In this document: piece by piece, positions 26,756 to 39,200 of the stretch
How the letters are laid out: the number at the start of each line of letters is the position of its first letter
Numbering within the stretch: position 1 is the first letter of the stretch
Origin: Raillietiella orientalis
Lineage: Eukaryota
DNA: 64,000 nucleotides
Assembly (NCBI GenBank): GCA_036172245.1
Contig: JAYWIR010000022.1
Span: 3,038,001 to 3,102,000, forward strand
Reading direction: 5' to 3'
Program-made: the position numbers and the translations under genes
The notes under the pieces: model-generated
Databases searched by the model: none
What the model saw: only the letters and a program-made list of their open reading frames with translations
Told to the model about the DNA's origin: nothing

Positions 26756-27029
26756 CAGCGTTTCCCTACGTTACGCGGAACACTGGTGTTCCGTGAAAAA
26801 TTATGAAAATAATTACATTTTTAAATGGTATTAAGTTCATTTTGCTATTTTCGTGTGTTTTTGTTTTACATGATTAGAATTCGAGAATAAATCTTTGTTT
26901 TGTTTTCTTGACTCTTATATTTACTTGCTTGATTTATTTATCATCGATCCTATGAAATAGCCGAGGTATTCTGTTAAAATTTCAGGATTTGTGCAGTGTT
27001 CCGTCATAGGAAAAGTTCGGGAAACGCTA
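26756..27029. mobile_element. hAT (Charlie-like) MITE, 274 bp
   Basis: TIRs cagcgtttccc / gggaaacgcta; 8-bp TSD cgttaggt (26748-26755) versus cattaggt (27030-27037); subterminal palindrome cggaacactggtgttccg; AT-rich non-coding interior. Confidence 0.85.
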
Positions 27030-28851
27030 CATTAGGTAAATCCATAAATGATGCTGGCAAGCCTTCCCTGCGACGCATTCTGGAAGCGCGCGTGCCCCTT
27101 TCCCCCACGTTGCAGGCGAGCTTTCAAAAAATTTCAAAAAATGGGAAAAAGTCACGAAGCTCCGCACCCAAAGTTTGCCTCCGAAACTCATCTTTGGATA
27201 AAAAAAAAAAAAAAAAATGAGATTTTCATTGATCAGCGGCATTTGTTTCTGCGCTTTCCGTGGTACGTGCGCGACGCTGCGGAAGAACTTTGACGAAACA
27301 CGAATCGGGGTAGTCAGTCGGGATCACGGGATGAGACATCAGCAAACTTGGAGAGAACTAATTACTTTCCATGCGCAAATCGCCCGGAACGTGAAAAAGA
27401 AGCTGTATGGAGCATTCTCTTGCTCAATGAAGCATTTCAACGAGACCGAAAAAAAAGCGCTGTCGGTGAAAGAAGTCAAGTTCGAAGGAGAGAGAAAGAG
27501 ACATATCGTATCTACTACTTTATCATGGTCTTGATCTAAATGGGTGTGTCTAAGTTTACGGGTAAATCCGAATTCAAAAAATTACGACGTTGACTAATCG
27601 TCAGTCTTTTGACACGTACTAATTGTGCAACCGCACTTTGAGCATGGTAGTGTTTTGGGTGCGGTTCGTTTTCTAATTGGCGAATCAAAACATTATTAGT
27701 CCGTCCGAGATAGCTCAATGTATCGATTAGAAATTCCGTTCGAAGATGCATTTGTTTATTCTTCGAGGTGGATACCCAGCATGCGCTCTTACAAGGGATG
27801 CTCATCGTCAGGAAAGGTTTCTTCCCCTGCTGGGGCGGATCTGAGGAGCGGAGGAAAACCGATCTGCAGCCTGGGTGAATTGCAGGAGAAGGATGTTTGC
27901 AGGAGAACGAAAAATTTCCCTGGTCCAGAAACTCTTGTCCCCAAAGATGAAAGTCAAGTCTTGCAGCAAGTTCCCAGAAAAATTTTTTTTCCCCTTCCCC
28001 CTCCCCCTCCCTCCCTCCCTCTCTCCTCCGACGTGTTAATAGGAGATTGATAGTTCTTTACAAATCTTCCTAATTCAATCAGAAAATGCTAACTGTTTCC
28101 TTCCTACGGAGGTGACCTTGACCAATTCATGCATTTGTTCTACAATCACGGAAATAAATGTCTTGATCACTGTGATTTTCGAAACAGTTCGCCTTCAACC
28201 CACCAGTTTACTTTCCTATATTACGTAATGCTAATCGTCGTTTCTGTAATAATTTTTTTTTTTGTATTAAGAGCAAATAATGTTGATCTGAGACGTCAGA
28301 TGCTATTAGACAGGAAGGTGTTTCGCCACTGCTCTAAGAATCTGTCGTGGATTGAAGGTTCCCGAATTTTTATAAAAAAGATACAAAAAAAAAAAAAAAT
28401 GGGCTTAAGACTGCTTCGATTGAAGCAGCAGAACGGTTCCAATCCTCGAGCTACAAGATCGCAGTCATCGGTGGAGGGTGGCTGCGATCCTGTATGATCT
28501 TGTAGACGGCCAGGATCGGAAGTCGACCTCCGAGTTCTTCCAGGAAGCAGAATCCAGGAGTGAGCAGTTCCTTTCCGGTTGTTCAAAGGAGAGGACACCT
28601 CTTCGGGTGGGGACCCTCCGTCTCCTACCATGGTGTACGGGTGTTACGCCGCTCCAGAGTGCTTTCCGAATTTTCCCTTTTGAGAAATTTCGGAAACGGT
28701 TCCTTCGCGGTTCTCTTCAGAGGAGTAAACAGGGGCGGTTCCCTTCGAGGGTCCCCCCGGAGAGGATAACGAAGGAGGATTCCCTTCGGAGACAACCAGG
28801 GTGGGAGGTGCGATCCCCCCGTCCGGGGGATCCCTCCCCAAGCGTGAGAGG

Positions 28852-29370
28852 AACGGACTCCGAGCCCTTCCTGGATTCATAGGGCGGACCCTCCCATCCC
28901 GGGGTGCCCCCTATCCTGAAGAATTACACTGAAGAATTACACGCCCCCCTGCGGGTTGCCGCGGGCGGAGGGGCGTGGAAACAAAACAGTGTGTTAATGT
29001 TTAAAAAGAGCCACGTGCGCCGCGAGGCACGCGACCGGCTCTGAGGTACTTAACGAACCAAAAAAAAAAGAAAACTCTTAAAAAAAAAAAGCTGAAAGAA
29101 AAACAGCGAAAAAAGAACCCAGGCGCGAGAGAAACGGACTCCGCAGCCCTTCCTGGATTCATAGGGCGGTCCCCCCCCCTCCCCAGGGCACTCCCTACCT
29201 TGAAGAATCACACGCACCCTCGGGTGGCGTGGAACCATGTTAAAGAGCTGCCTGAGCCGCCAGGCGCGCGACGGCTCTTGAGGTACTCAGCGAGCCAAAA
29301 AAAAAAAGAAAACCCGAAAGAAAAAAAAAAAGACCGGAAGGAAAACAGCGAAGACAGAAAAAGAACCCGG
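28852..29370. repeat. Diverged tandem duplication (~270 bp and ~240 bp units)
   Basis: Units 28852-29123 and 29133-29370 share aacggactccg, agcccttcctggattcatagggcgg, tgaggtact and the A-rich tail ending aaaaagaaccc. Confidence 0.9.
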
Positions 29371-29479
29371 TAGGATTTTCATCGGTGAAGGGGATGAAAT
29401 ATCCATCTTGCGGCGTACCTCCTTCCATCGGACACGCTTCATCCGAGAAAACGGAAGACCGCGAGCACTCGTCTGTGAC

Positions 29480-29782
29480 TCCGACGGAGACGCTTCGAGC
29501 TGACCTGCATAACCACCGACGGTGGGAAATCTTGGCAGAGGCGTGAGCGGGGTGCTGCTGCTACGGACAGCCGCCCGAACGCGCGAAGGCGGATACGACG
29601 GTACACCCAGCGTGTCTTCGGTTGGTGAGCATCCCCATCTCTCTGGGGCTCGGCTGTGTGGTGCGGGAGAGGATCGTTTCGCTTCGGTCTGAAGTCACAG
29701 CGGTGGCGGCGGTACGGTGGTGGGCGCAATGAATGACGACAAACCAGTGAGCCCCGCACTCGGGCAAAAACCACCACCCCCG

Positions 29783-29826
<44 letters not shown>

Positions 29827-30600
29827 TGGTGGTATAGGGAGGGAGGAGGGACTTTCAAGGAAAGCACGGTGTTTGGAGAAGGACAGACAACACCTTCCTG
29901 ATAGGCGCCCTCAAAATCAGTCGGCCTCTTCTGAAAAGACTCACCCTCATCCTTGACAATCAGCACTTTTCCCTTTCGAATCCGGGACTTCCCGATTCCA
30001 CCGCGGAGACGAGCGGGCATTCCTCGAACGCAAGTGCCGGCGAAAGTGTTCTTTGCCAACAGTCCGTGGGCGATAGACAAATCTTCGCCCGTTCCTCCCC
30101 ATTAGCATGAATATTGACGCGTGCAGCTTTTTACCCGTTTCTTGGGCCAATCCCTGTTTGAATTTCAAACCGAACGAATGAACTGTTCGTTCCCGATTCC
30201 TCTCCGGCGTCCCTACGCCTTTCTTGCACAAGTGGCACACCCTTCCTGGAGGCTTCACCCGTTCACCCGTGGTCTGTGGGATCCTCGCTGGCAGTGACAC
30301 CATTAATTTCCCGAAAGCAAGCCCTTTAAGGTCACGCAGAACCAGGCGCCGTTGCAAGCGCAAGAGCAAGAACACCACCCCTCACGCGGAGGAGCTTTTG
30401 CTGGACCCGTTAGCTCCTCCTTGCAAGGGCTCCCAGACCAGCGTCTCCACTGGGTCATTAAGTGCTCCCTTGATTAGCAGCTCCGCATGCGCGTTTACAG
30501 CCGCAATTACGGAGAAGATGGTTCTCCGCGAGCATTTTTAAGGCCACAGTGGAAGAAGCAGTCCAGCTGCGGCTCTCGATCCTCCAGAAGGCATTTCTCC
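29480..30600 (-). mobile_element. Decayed LINE ORF1 / ORF2-start fragment
   Basis: VSLPARIP...PGRVCHLCKKG is a zinc-knuckle-like motif (~30215-30300). After a 35-nt A/T run (29789-29823) come ARVRGSL and RSETILS, resembling the APE motifs LNVRGL and LQET. Confidence 0.4.
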
Positions 30601-32859
30601 CAGAAGTCACTTTCGAAAGCAGCAGCCCGAATTCGGAAAGGAACCCGACGCGCGCGAATGAGGACAGCCCTTTCGAATCGGAAGCGGGCGTAACCCTTCA
30701 GCTCCCGTCGGTCGCAGGCGTTTCTTTCACCGGTGCAGATCCGACCTCCGCTATCGGCTCGGGGCTGACGGGTGGACGACGGCGGCAGGCGGGGGCGGAG
30801 CGATAGGCTCGGCCGCCACTGCTCAGCGCGCCCTTCCGGGACGACCCTCGGCCCTTACGGCCCCGTGCCTCCGCCGACGCGCCTCGGGGCTCCGTCTCTT
30901 CGGAAGACGGGGAAGGGTTCCCGCTGCTGCCAGCAGAAGACCGGAGGACCCCGGAGGGGAAGCTGCTGCACCGCTGCATGACAGCTCCGGAGGAGGTAGG
31001 GAGACAGACGGCTTTCCCCGCTGCTATGTCCTTTCCGACACGGAAGATGCCACCCCCCACAGCAAGCTTTGCCTCTCGCGCCCAACAGCCAGGAGCAACG
31101 AGGCATCACCATCCGTATGGGATGCTCTGCAACGACCGGTCGGGGCAAACGCAACGAGTTCCCCCCCTTCCCCTCCCAAAAAAGGCGAGGGGGACTAGCG
31201 ACCTCCGGGACTTCCGGTGCTGGAATCCTTCCTGTGAAGAGGAGCCTCGGGGAGATGCGCAAGAGGTGCTGGTCGGTCCACTAGGAAGGAGACTGCAGGA
31301 CCACTTCTGCAAGCCACAAAACCCCTTCGGTGCCGCCGAAAGGAAGACACAGGAGCCCCGTTCGGTTCAGTCAGGGCAGGTCTTCCTGGGGAACCGACGA
31401 AGAACCGGCTGCCGTCGTCCTCGGCAGCGCGCCGTCGCCAAGGGAGCCAGTCCAGAGGGCGGGTCGCTTCCTCGGTCCGGAGCGGACCCGCCGTGCGAGT
31501 CGCAGCCAGCAGAAGGGCAACCACCAAGTCCCCCCATGCCTGGCAGCGAGGTGCCTGCGAGCAGTTCGCGGAGTCCTGTTGGGAGGTCGGAGCTCCCCGA
31601 CGAGATCACTGAGTCGGTGGCTCGAGGGGTCCGTCCACTTGACCTCCCTCCGAGGAGCGCCTGAGGTCCGACGAAACCCGCAACTCCCGGTGTCAGGTCT
31701 CCGGTCGGAGGATAGGTGCACTTCAGCGCCCCCCTCTTCAGCTCTTGGGCGCTTTTCCCGAGTTCCGCACGGAGACGGGAGGGACTCAGCCGCAACCAGA
31801 GGGGACGGCTTCAGCTGCCATAGCCAGCTGCCCCTTGAGTTTTGGGCCGGGGACCGCAAGGAGGGAGGAGAACGCCGAGAGGGAAGAAGCGCTGCAGCTG
31901 ACCCGGGACCTTCGGCCAAGAAAGGGAGGGCTGCGAAAGGGACGGCATGCCCGCAGCGGCGTCCCGGCATCTTCAGCGAGCATCCGCCCCCGCGAGGGGA
32001 ACTGGGAGACTGCGGAAGGGCAGCATGGTGGTCACTGAGGCGTGAGATCGGGGGTGGAGGGGGCGATCCGGAAGGCGGGGGTTTCCTTCCGCAGGCGGGA
32101 AGGAGGTGTGTGGGGGGGGGGAGTCCACCCATCATCGTCTACCTCCACTGTTCGTGTTCGGAAACCGCGCTCACGCCTCCAGCACCGCCCTTCCTCGAGG
32201 AATAGATACACCGAGCAGTGATATTTTCGCCACCTGGCGAGCTGGTTGGGCCCAACTCCCAGGAACACCCCGATCTCTCACCTCGAAAATCACAACCCTC
32301 CCTTCCTCCTCCGGCGAGCCGACCTCTCTTTGACCTTGCCGCCACCACTCCGCCCCTTACGCTTTCCCTTTTAGGAGAGGCCGCTGCTGTGAGCGGGGAC
32401 ACGTCCAGGCGGACAGGGAACGCGTCAACGGACCGAGGATGGGAGGTCACGGTCGAGCATGCTGGTCAGGGGAAGGGGAGAGGGGACGCCGCGGCGTCCT
32501 CGCGGAGGAGCGACCGCGGCGGAGCGTCGTGAGAGGGAAGGGAAGGCACGGAGAGGGGAGGGCACAGGTTTCACTCCCAGAATGACCCGGGACGCTCGAG
32601 GCGGCGTTGACTCCTGGTGCCAGCCTTCCTGGACCTGGACCTCTCCGTCACGAGGCAGGAGGCGCTTCCGTCGGTCAGCAACCTCCTTGCCACCTCCGCC
32701 TCCCTGACCCAAGGCAGGTGGGAGAAACCTCCAAAAGGACACCCGCAGCTCGGTCCCGGAAACTTCGCCGCTCCCGGAAGGCAGCCGGACCCTCCCTCCT
32801 TCTTGCCCTCTCCATCCGTTCCCCGTTAGGGAGAGGGGTGAGACGCACCGGAAGCCCAC

Positions 32860-33100
32860 GCCCAGAGTCCTCATCTGGTGCGTGCGGTGAGCGAAGTGGA
32901 CGCCGTCCTTGCAGGTTGTTCGCGGCTGAGCCACCCTCCGGCGTGGCCCAGCCCTCTCTTTCCCAAGGACCACATCAAGGGCAGAGTTTCGGTGAGCACG
33001 GAAACCTCGAACCTTGCCGGCGGGCAGCTGAGGAATTCGGGTCGCCCGTCCCTAGGTGGGGCGGCGAAACCCCTTCGTTGCCAGGATGCGGAGGACCCAC
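32860..33100 (-). mobile_element. Tx1-type ORF1 fragment
   Basis: TETLPLM/VLGKERAG...VAQPRTTC resembles Tx1 ORF1 LP..I.LG..RG...Y.GQP..C. Weaker related stretches occur at ~31080-31260 (+), ~37830-38060 (-) and ~43540-43800 (-); the first and last share SGQT. Confidence 0.45.
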
Positions 33101-33763
33101 GCTTCGCCTCCGTGGAACCGGCGCGGCGAGAGGGAGGAGAACGGAACGCGGACTGCCGCGCCACGCGCAAGACGAGCCTCGCCTTTCGCGCGCCACCGCC
33201 GGAAGAAGATGAGATCCCTGATCTCATCTTCTTCCGGTCACGGGCCTCCCGCAGGCGCGGGAGGCTCGAACCCGGCCGGGAACCACTGCGACCTGGCTAA
33301 CCCTGCGCGCTTCCGGCAGGGTTCCTACTGCTGCCTTCAAGAGGGGAACCCCGGGGGGAGAGGAGGGCGAACGAAGAAGGAAGAGGCAATCCCGAGGGAA
33401 GCTGCTCCTCGCCTCAGGGAATCTCCGGAGAGAGGAAGGGACGGGAAGCCGGTTGGAACCTGAGACCTAGGGTTTCACTCCAGAGGCGCGAGAGGTCTGA
33501 GATTCAGCACGCGGTCCGCACCGGGAAGGAAGGTGACGAGGACCCCCCCGAGGAGTCCGCTTCTCTGCGAGTGCGGACGACTGAGGAAGGTTTCGCGGAA
33601 GATACGAGAGACCGGAGGAAGGCAGAAGAAAAAATAAAAATAGCTGGATGAAAGATCATCTCATCTTTTCCCAATGGGCTATAAGCTGCTGCGGAGAGCA
33701 TCGTGAGCGACGTGAAGACTGCGTAAAAGAAATCTCCGGCTTTCATGCTTTTTCTTTCCGAAC

Positions 33764-33993
33764 TTCACAACAGTGGCAATATCATATACATACAAATATG
33801 AATGCGTCAATATCCATAGTTTCGCTATTTTATATATACATATAATACCAACATTATAATTAACTTTACAACAGTAGCAATATAATGTCTATCTATACAT
33901 GTATGCAAACGTGATTGCATCCATATTGAGAATATTGATATATAATTCACAACAGTGGCAATACAATATATATATATATTCTTACTGTTGTGA
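33764..33993. repeat. AT-rich island with three direct 18-bp repeats and one inverted partial copy
   Basis: ttcacaacagtggcaata at 33764-33781 and 33946-33963, tttacaacagtagcaata at 33865-33882, and inverted actgttgtga at 33984-33993. Confidence 0.9.
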
Positions 33994-34149
33994 TATGTAT
34001 ACATGTATATAATACCGAATTATCGATCAGAGTTTTCGGTAACCCTGATGGCGGCCTCCGCATGCTTGCATAAAGCTCCTATATGTGATTAGGATGCAGC
34101 CCGCTTCGTTTGGCTATTTTTAATTTCATTTGCCGGCGCCGGAGGGAGC

Positions 34150-37100
34150 CCAGCCCTCTCAGTAAGACTGCCCGCGCTAATCCCTGCCAAATTCTCCTTC
34201 CATTTCCCGAAGAACTGTTTCCTTACTCTTCCGGGACCGTCGACGGAAGGCACACAGGAATGGTGTCGTTGGCTGGGAACCCTGGTGATCTCGTGCTTGT
34301 GGTCCGAACAGCTTCAGCTGGGAGTCGCTCCCTGTACATGCGCGTCTGCGTCGGGCGCCTGTCCTTTCCGTTCCCTGATCTCGTCCAACAGTGCTCCTCG
34401 TTGCCGGGTCGGAAGTTACACAACAGCATCCTCCGAGACCCTGCGCGCGCTCGTGAGAAGGGGTAGACCCCCTGGTTACGGAAGCGGCTGGCTCCGCTCG
34501 TTTTCTTGCGCCCAGTGATTGCCGGTAACCTCTGTGAGCGCCTCTGATGGCTTGCACGCGGGAGCAATCACTGTCCGGCTCGGAACAGTGATTGCTCCCG
34601 CGTGCAAAACCGTCAGAGGACAGCAAAGAGGAGGAGGAAGGGGGCTTCCCTTTCGGGCACGGCACGCATCGGGCGAATGCGGCCCTCCGCGTGCGAGGGG
34701 TACGCGGTGCGCCCATCCTGTGACACCACCACGGAGAGGTCCCGCCGAGATTACCACGGCAGAGGACGGTGGCGGAGCAGGGGACCTGGGGAGCTTCTGA
34801 CCGCCGTCCCCGCCTGCCGCATGGGTCGCGGACGGAGCCTAGCGGGGAGAAGGGGGGGAGCCCCAGGGACGAGCGAGTGCGGAAGTGGCCGCGCTCCCAC
34901 CTTCCAGTTTCCCGAGGGAGACGGTGCTCAGTGAGGAGGACGCCCCTTTTTCTCGATAGGCGCTCAGCAGCTTTCCACGACGGACCTCCGTCCGCGCTTG
35001 AACGGCCACATCTTCGTTCCTGCACGCCTCCCGTCTCGGTGATGGAAGCGACCCGAATTCTTGACCCTGGAAGGATGGGGGGGGGGGGAGATGGCAATAC
35101 CTGCCGGAACGCAGCAAGTGGCGGAGGTGGCGAAGACAGGAGGAGGCTTGGCGCGGTGGCCGCTGGAACCCGGCCGCTGCTGCAGGAACTCGAGCGCAAG
35201 TGTCGCTCCTGGGCGCTAGCTGCTGCGACCTCCGGGCGCGAGCCTCGCCAGAAGGTCTCCAAGTCCTCTCCAAGTCCCGACGGGCAGAGGTAATTCGGGA
35301 AGTCGAGACACGCTGGAACAAAGCATCTGCGACTGCACCGCCTCTGGAGAGATCCGGTTGGACCCCCATTAGGACGCAGCGCCGGCGCAACCGAACGCGA
35401 GGGTAAACGTCCGCAGGCATGGGATGGCTCCCGATGCCAGGATGTGCGCACGCTCCCCGGAGACGAGAAGGCCTCCGCGGCGGCTATTGGCTGGCGCTGC
35501 TGCACATCGGGGAAATCAAGACCAAAGGCAGCCGGGAGGCCGCCCCGTCCAAGCCCCGGAGCCAGGAAACTGTGGAGCAGCTGTAGACCGTCCGGGCGGG
35601 AGGTCGTCTTCTGCCATTCCCGGAGGCGGGCAAACGCGTCCGCCCCCGCTCGCTCTCTCTGTAGGAGCGAGGCGTGACTTCCTTGCCTCCTGAGCTCCCC
35701 CCTCCGCTCGGCGGCACCCCACGCCGGAGTCGGCAAGAGCGACGCCGGTCCCCTCGGACGAGCGCCGCGCGCCCGGAACAGCCCGCCCCTCCTGGCTCCG
35801 TTCTTTCGCTCCCATCCGCCGGCCCCGACGCTTCGGGGGCAGATGGGCCTCCCGGATCTACAGGCGAGACTCTGACAAGGCGTGTGGGGGGAAGGGGCCC
35901 CCACCTCCGCAACACGGGTCGCCAGGACCAGCCTTTGCTTGGCCCGACGCGAAAGCGCCCTGGGCAACAGGACCTCGAGGAGGGAAAATAGACTTGCGGA
36001 CGGTGCTGCCACCGTGCGGCAGCCGCTCCACCCTCGTGAGGGCGCCGAAGCAAAGAGCCCGCTCGCTTTCCTCCGCGCCGGAGGAAAGGAAGGGAATGGG
36101 TTGACCCGCTGGAGAAGGAAGGGGGGGGGGGAATCGGCGTCCGGGATGCTGCAGGATGGGAAACGACCTGAAGGTCGCGCTTCTTTACCACCGCGACCTT
36201 TTCGGAGATCCACCCCCGTCCTTCGAGTGCTCGAGGGAGAGCCCACGCAGCCACCCTCGACCCCGAAAAGCGGATGAACAGCACAGGACCGACGGCGATG
36301 CCCCCTGGAGGTCGCCCGACGTCAGCTCTGGACGTCAGCTCCGCAACCCTGGAGGTCATCTGGACCCAGGCCAGCCCGTGGGTGGGAGAACGACCTGGCG
36401 ACAGCAGGAGCGAAGAGGGTGGAGGTTGTCTGTCTGCACCAGCCTCCTGCCACCGGTTGCCCGGGGGAGGAATCGCTGTCCGCTGCGGTCCAGCCGTGGC
36501 CGAGGAGCGGAGCTGGAGGTCCTTCGCTCCCTCCGCGTGGTCCTTTCCTGCCCTTTCTCCTTGAACCCAGAGAGCCCCCGGACGAGGGGTGCGCAGGGTG
36601 GAGTCAGCAGCCAAGGCGAAGCGGCAGGGCCTCGTTCCCCTCCTCCCCAGGGCATTCCATTGGAGTCACGCCCTCCCCTGCACCAGAATCCCAGAGTCCA
36701 TCCGGGTCGGGGGTGGAAGTCTTCCCGGCGCCCATCCCGAGTTTCCTCGCATGCGAGGGCCGGGAATCGCCGCGAGTGCCAGGAATTGCCACGAGCGCCG
36801 CTCGCCGGATGGGGATGCCCTCCCTCTCCACCCCCTCTCTCCGTCCCGCAGCAGCTGCTGGGCGCTGCGCGTAAGGCAAGCCCGAAACCCGTACCGGGCG
36901 CGAGGAGTCCGCTGTCCATGTAGGCCGCCCTCGAAAGTGCGCGAAAATCGCCACCAGTGCCCTCGCCCATGAGGGACGGCCCTCAAGGTGGCGGCGGAGG
37001 CGGCGGCCGATCCTCTTCCATTGCCCATCTGTGGAGCGGCGAAAAACTCTCTCGAGGAGGCTGCCCGGTCGGGCGGCGGCCGAGTGCGCCAGGAGCCCGT

Positions 37101-37260
37101 TCCGTGTGCTCCTTTCCCGAAGACGCGCGCGCGCTTCCGGCGTATGCGGCGTCCTCCGCAGGCAGGAGGAGAGAGCCTTCCCGGAGCTGCACGTGACCTC
37201 TGCTGACCGTTCCATCGAATGCTGTCGTCCAGAGCTCCCTACGTTTTTTTTTGTTTTTTT
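34150..37260 (+). mobile_element. Decayed near-complete L1/Tx1-like ORF2 (EN-RT-zinc finger)
   Basis: Collinear degenerate motifs across frameshifts: GRHTGMVSL, VIAGNL (GDFN), SRRDY (SRIDY), SDRRP (SDH), SGADG.P (PG.DG), ATLDPEKR (LD.EKAFD), VARGRNRCPL (RGVRQGCPLS), and PICG..EC near 37020-37110. Confidence 0.6.
34552..34607. repeat. Perfect 23-bp inverted repeat with 10-nt loop
   Basis: ttgcacgcgggagcaatcactgt (34552-34574) and acagtgattgctcccgcgtgcaa (34585-34607) are exact reverse complements. Confidence 0.97.
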
Positions 37261-38599
37261 TAAAAATGCTGGAAACTCTGTTTTAGCAGCAACTCCATAG
37301 CTCGGGATCCAGAGGTTCTCGATAAGGTCCCAGCGCGGGAGGGGGAGGGGTTCAGAGCAACGCGGGGCAGCAAGTGACGTCATCTTCCCTTGGAAGTGGT
37401 GCCCCTGCATTTTCTCTTTGGCGCGATTCTTGCTCGTTGCCGTCTCGAATGGGCAGCTGCCGCGAGCTCCAGCTCGTTGACGGGGGGAAGCCCTGGCACG
37501 AGAAAGCGGTTCCCAGAGGACGTGGCTCTTCCTCGGGGCGCTTCGGTTGTCAGCCATGGCAGCTGCTGCGTTCCCTCACGCGCTTCCTCTCCGTCGTCCC
37601 GGTACTCGAGACACGACGTCCCTTTTCCTGGAAGCACCACGAGGTCGCTTTCAATCCCGTGGGCTTCGTGTGGCATGGATCGGGCACTGAGAAAACCCGC
37701 CCCTCCCCCACTCTCCGTGTTCCTCGTCTGGGGACTCTCTACGTTACGCTGGAGGCCGGCAAGAGACTGGCAAGAGGGCTTTCCCATCCCGGAGACCTCC
37801 TCCCTCTTTGCGTCAAGCTCTCCCTCCTTACGGAACTCACGCAGAACCCGACATCCTTGCACGCTGATCCTCCCCGCAGCATTGGCATCCCTGCACATGG
37901 TGGACAGAGGACGAGGCTGTGGTGTGCATCGGACCCAGACTCACCCTCTCCACACGCATCTGACTGTGCAGCCCCTTAGTCGTCGAGACGCACGCCTGGC
38001 GGCAGCACCGACCGGCTTCGAAGGACCGAGACGATCCAGTTGTGAAATTCCAGCGCACTTTGAGCTCCAAGAAAACCCTTCGCTCCTTGAAGCGCATGGG
38101 TGAAAGGTGGCGTTGGATACTTTGACGTTCCTCTCACGCGCGCGCTCTCCTCTTGAGCACGGGCCGGTGCACGATTGTGCGTCGTTAAAGTGGCAGGTAA
38201 AGGGGAAAGCCCTTCCGGCACCGGCACAGCGCGCCGACTTTCGGAAGCGAAGGAGTGAGGGAAAAGACAAGCGAGTAAGAGTATAGAGACCTCCGGTAGG
38301 GAAGAGGGAGAGAAAAATTGGCAGGCGTCCTGCGAGGGTGCGGTGACGAGCACGCATCGACAGCTACGAGCGTGCAGCAGCACATCGGAACCGGCGCGCT
38401 CCGTGGACGACGCACGTTCTTCCTCTCTTGCTGCCTCGTTCGCTTCGTTTCCTGACGACAGCAGAAATTCCGGCCCGCGAGCCGGTCTCCACGCACTTTC
38501 CGACGCGCCGTACTTGCAGGACGTGGAAAAAACATGCCCTTTTCCGACGCCATCGACTTCGAACGCTGCGGTCAGCGCCATCCTAGGGCAGAAGTGAAC

Positions 38600-39200
38600 T
38601 GGCCGAGGGGCGAAGTTGGGACCCATGCGAAGGTAACAACCACAACGAAGCGTCTGCTGAAACACCGCGTTCAGATGCACTCGGAGCCAGGACGGAAGGA
38701 ACCACTGCAGACAAGCGGAAAGCTGGCTTCAGACGAGCAACGTTTCCTGCTTTACGGTGGTTCCTGCGTTCCCGCAGTGACCGCGTAGAAACCATGCTTC
38801 CAGAAGGCGAAGACCTCAGTGTACATCCGCGCGCGTGGGCGTCCATCCGACTCGTACCCTGAGCGCAGCGCTCCTACGGAAAGCTTCTACGCCCAGCCGG
38901 AGGAAGGCAACCGTAGCCTGCCCGTTCCTGAGAGTCTCCACTCGATACTGCGCTGCTTCCAGATGCCGCACGGTGAGCATCCATGGGAGCGACCTCTGCT
39001 CCAGTTACTCTCCCACCAACGGGACTCTCACGGCTCCATCCGCACGCAGCTCGCGCTGGAACCAAACCACCCGTCTCGCAACAACCTCGAAACGTCTTCT
39101 TCGTACGCGATTAGTCAGAGACGCCGGAAACACTTACTAACGAACGGTGACCCGACTTGAGATGGCCGCGGTCTCTTTTCGTTCGAGATTCCACCTCGGA
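38600..39200 (+). mobile_element. LINE ORF2 post-RT fragment
   Basis: FYAQPEEGNRSLPVPE...HPWERPLL resembles the L..P..EGGL.LP and HPW/W segments that follow RT in L1/Tx1 ORF2. Confidence 0.35.

Noticed and set aside
33764..33963. CRISPR-like spaced repeats
   Set aside because: The context is eukaryotic, the repeats are only 18 bp, the spacers are unequal and similar to each other, and there are no cas genes.
34177..36246. 689-aa minus-strand ORF, the longest in the window
   Set aside because: Arg/Pro/Gly/Ser-rich with no recognisable domain. It lies antisense to a decayed LINE ORF2 in very GC-rich DNA where stop codons are rare.
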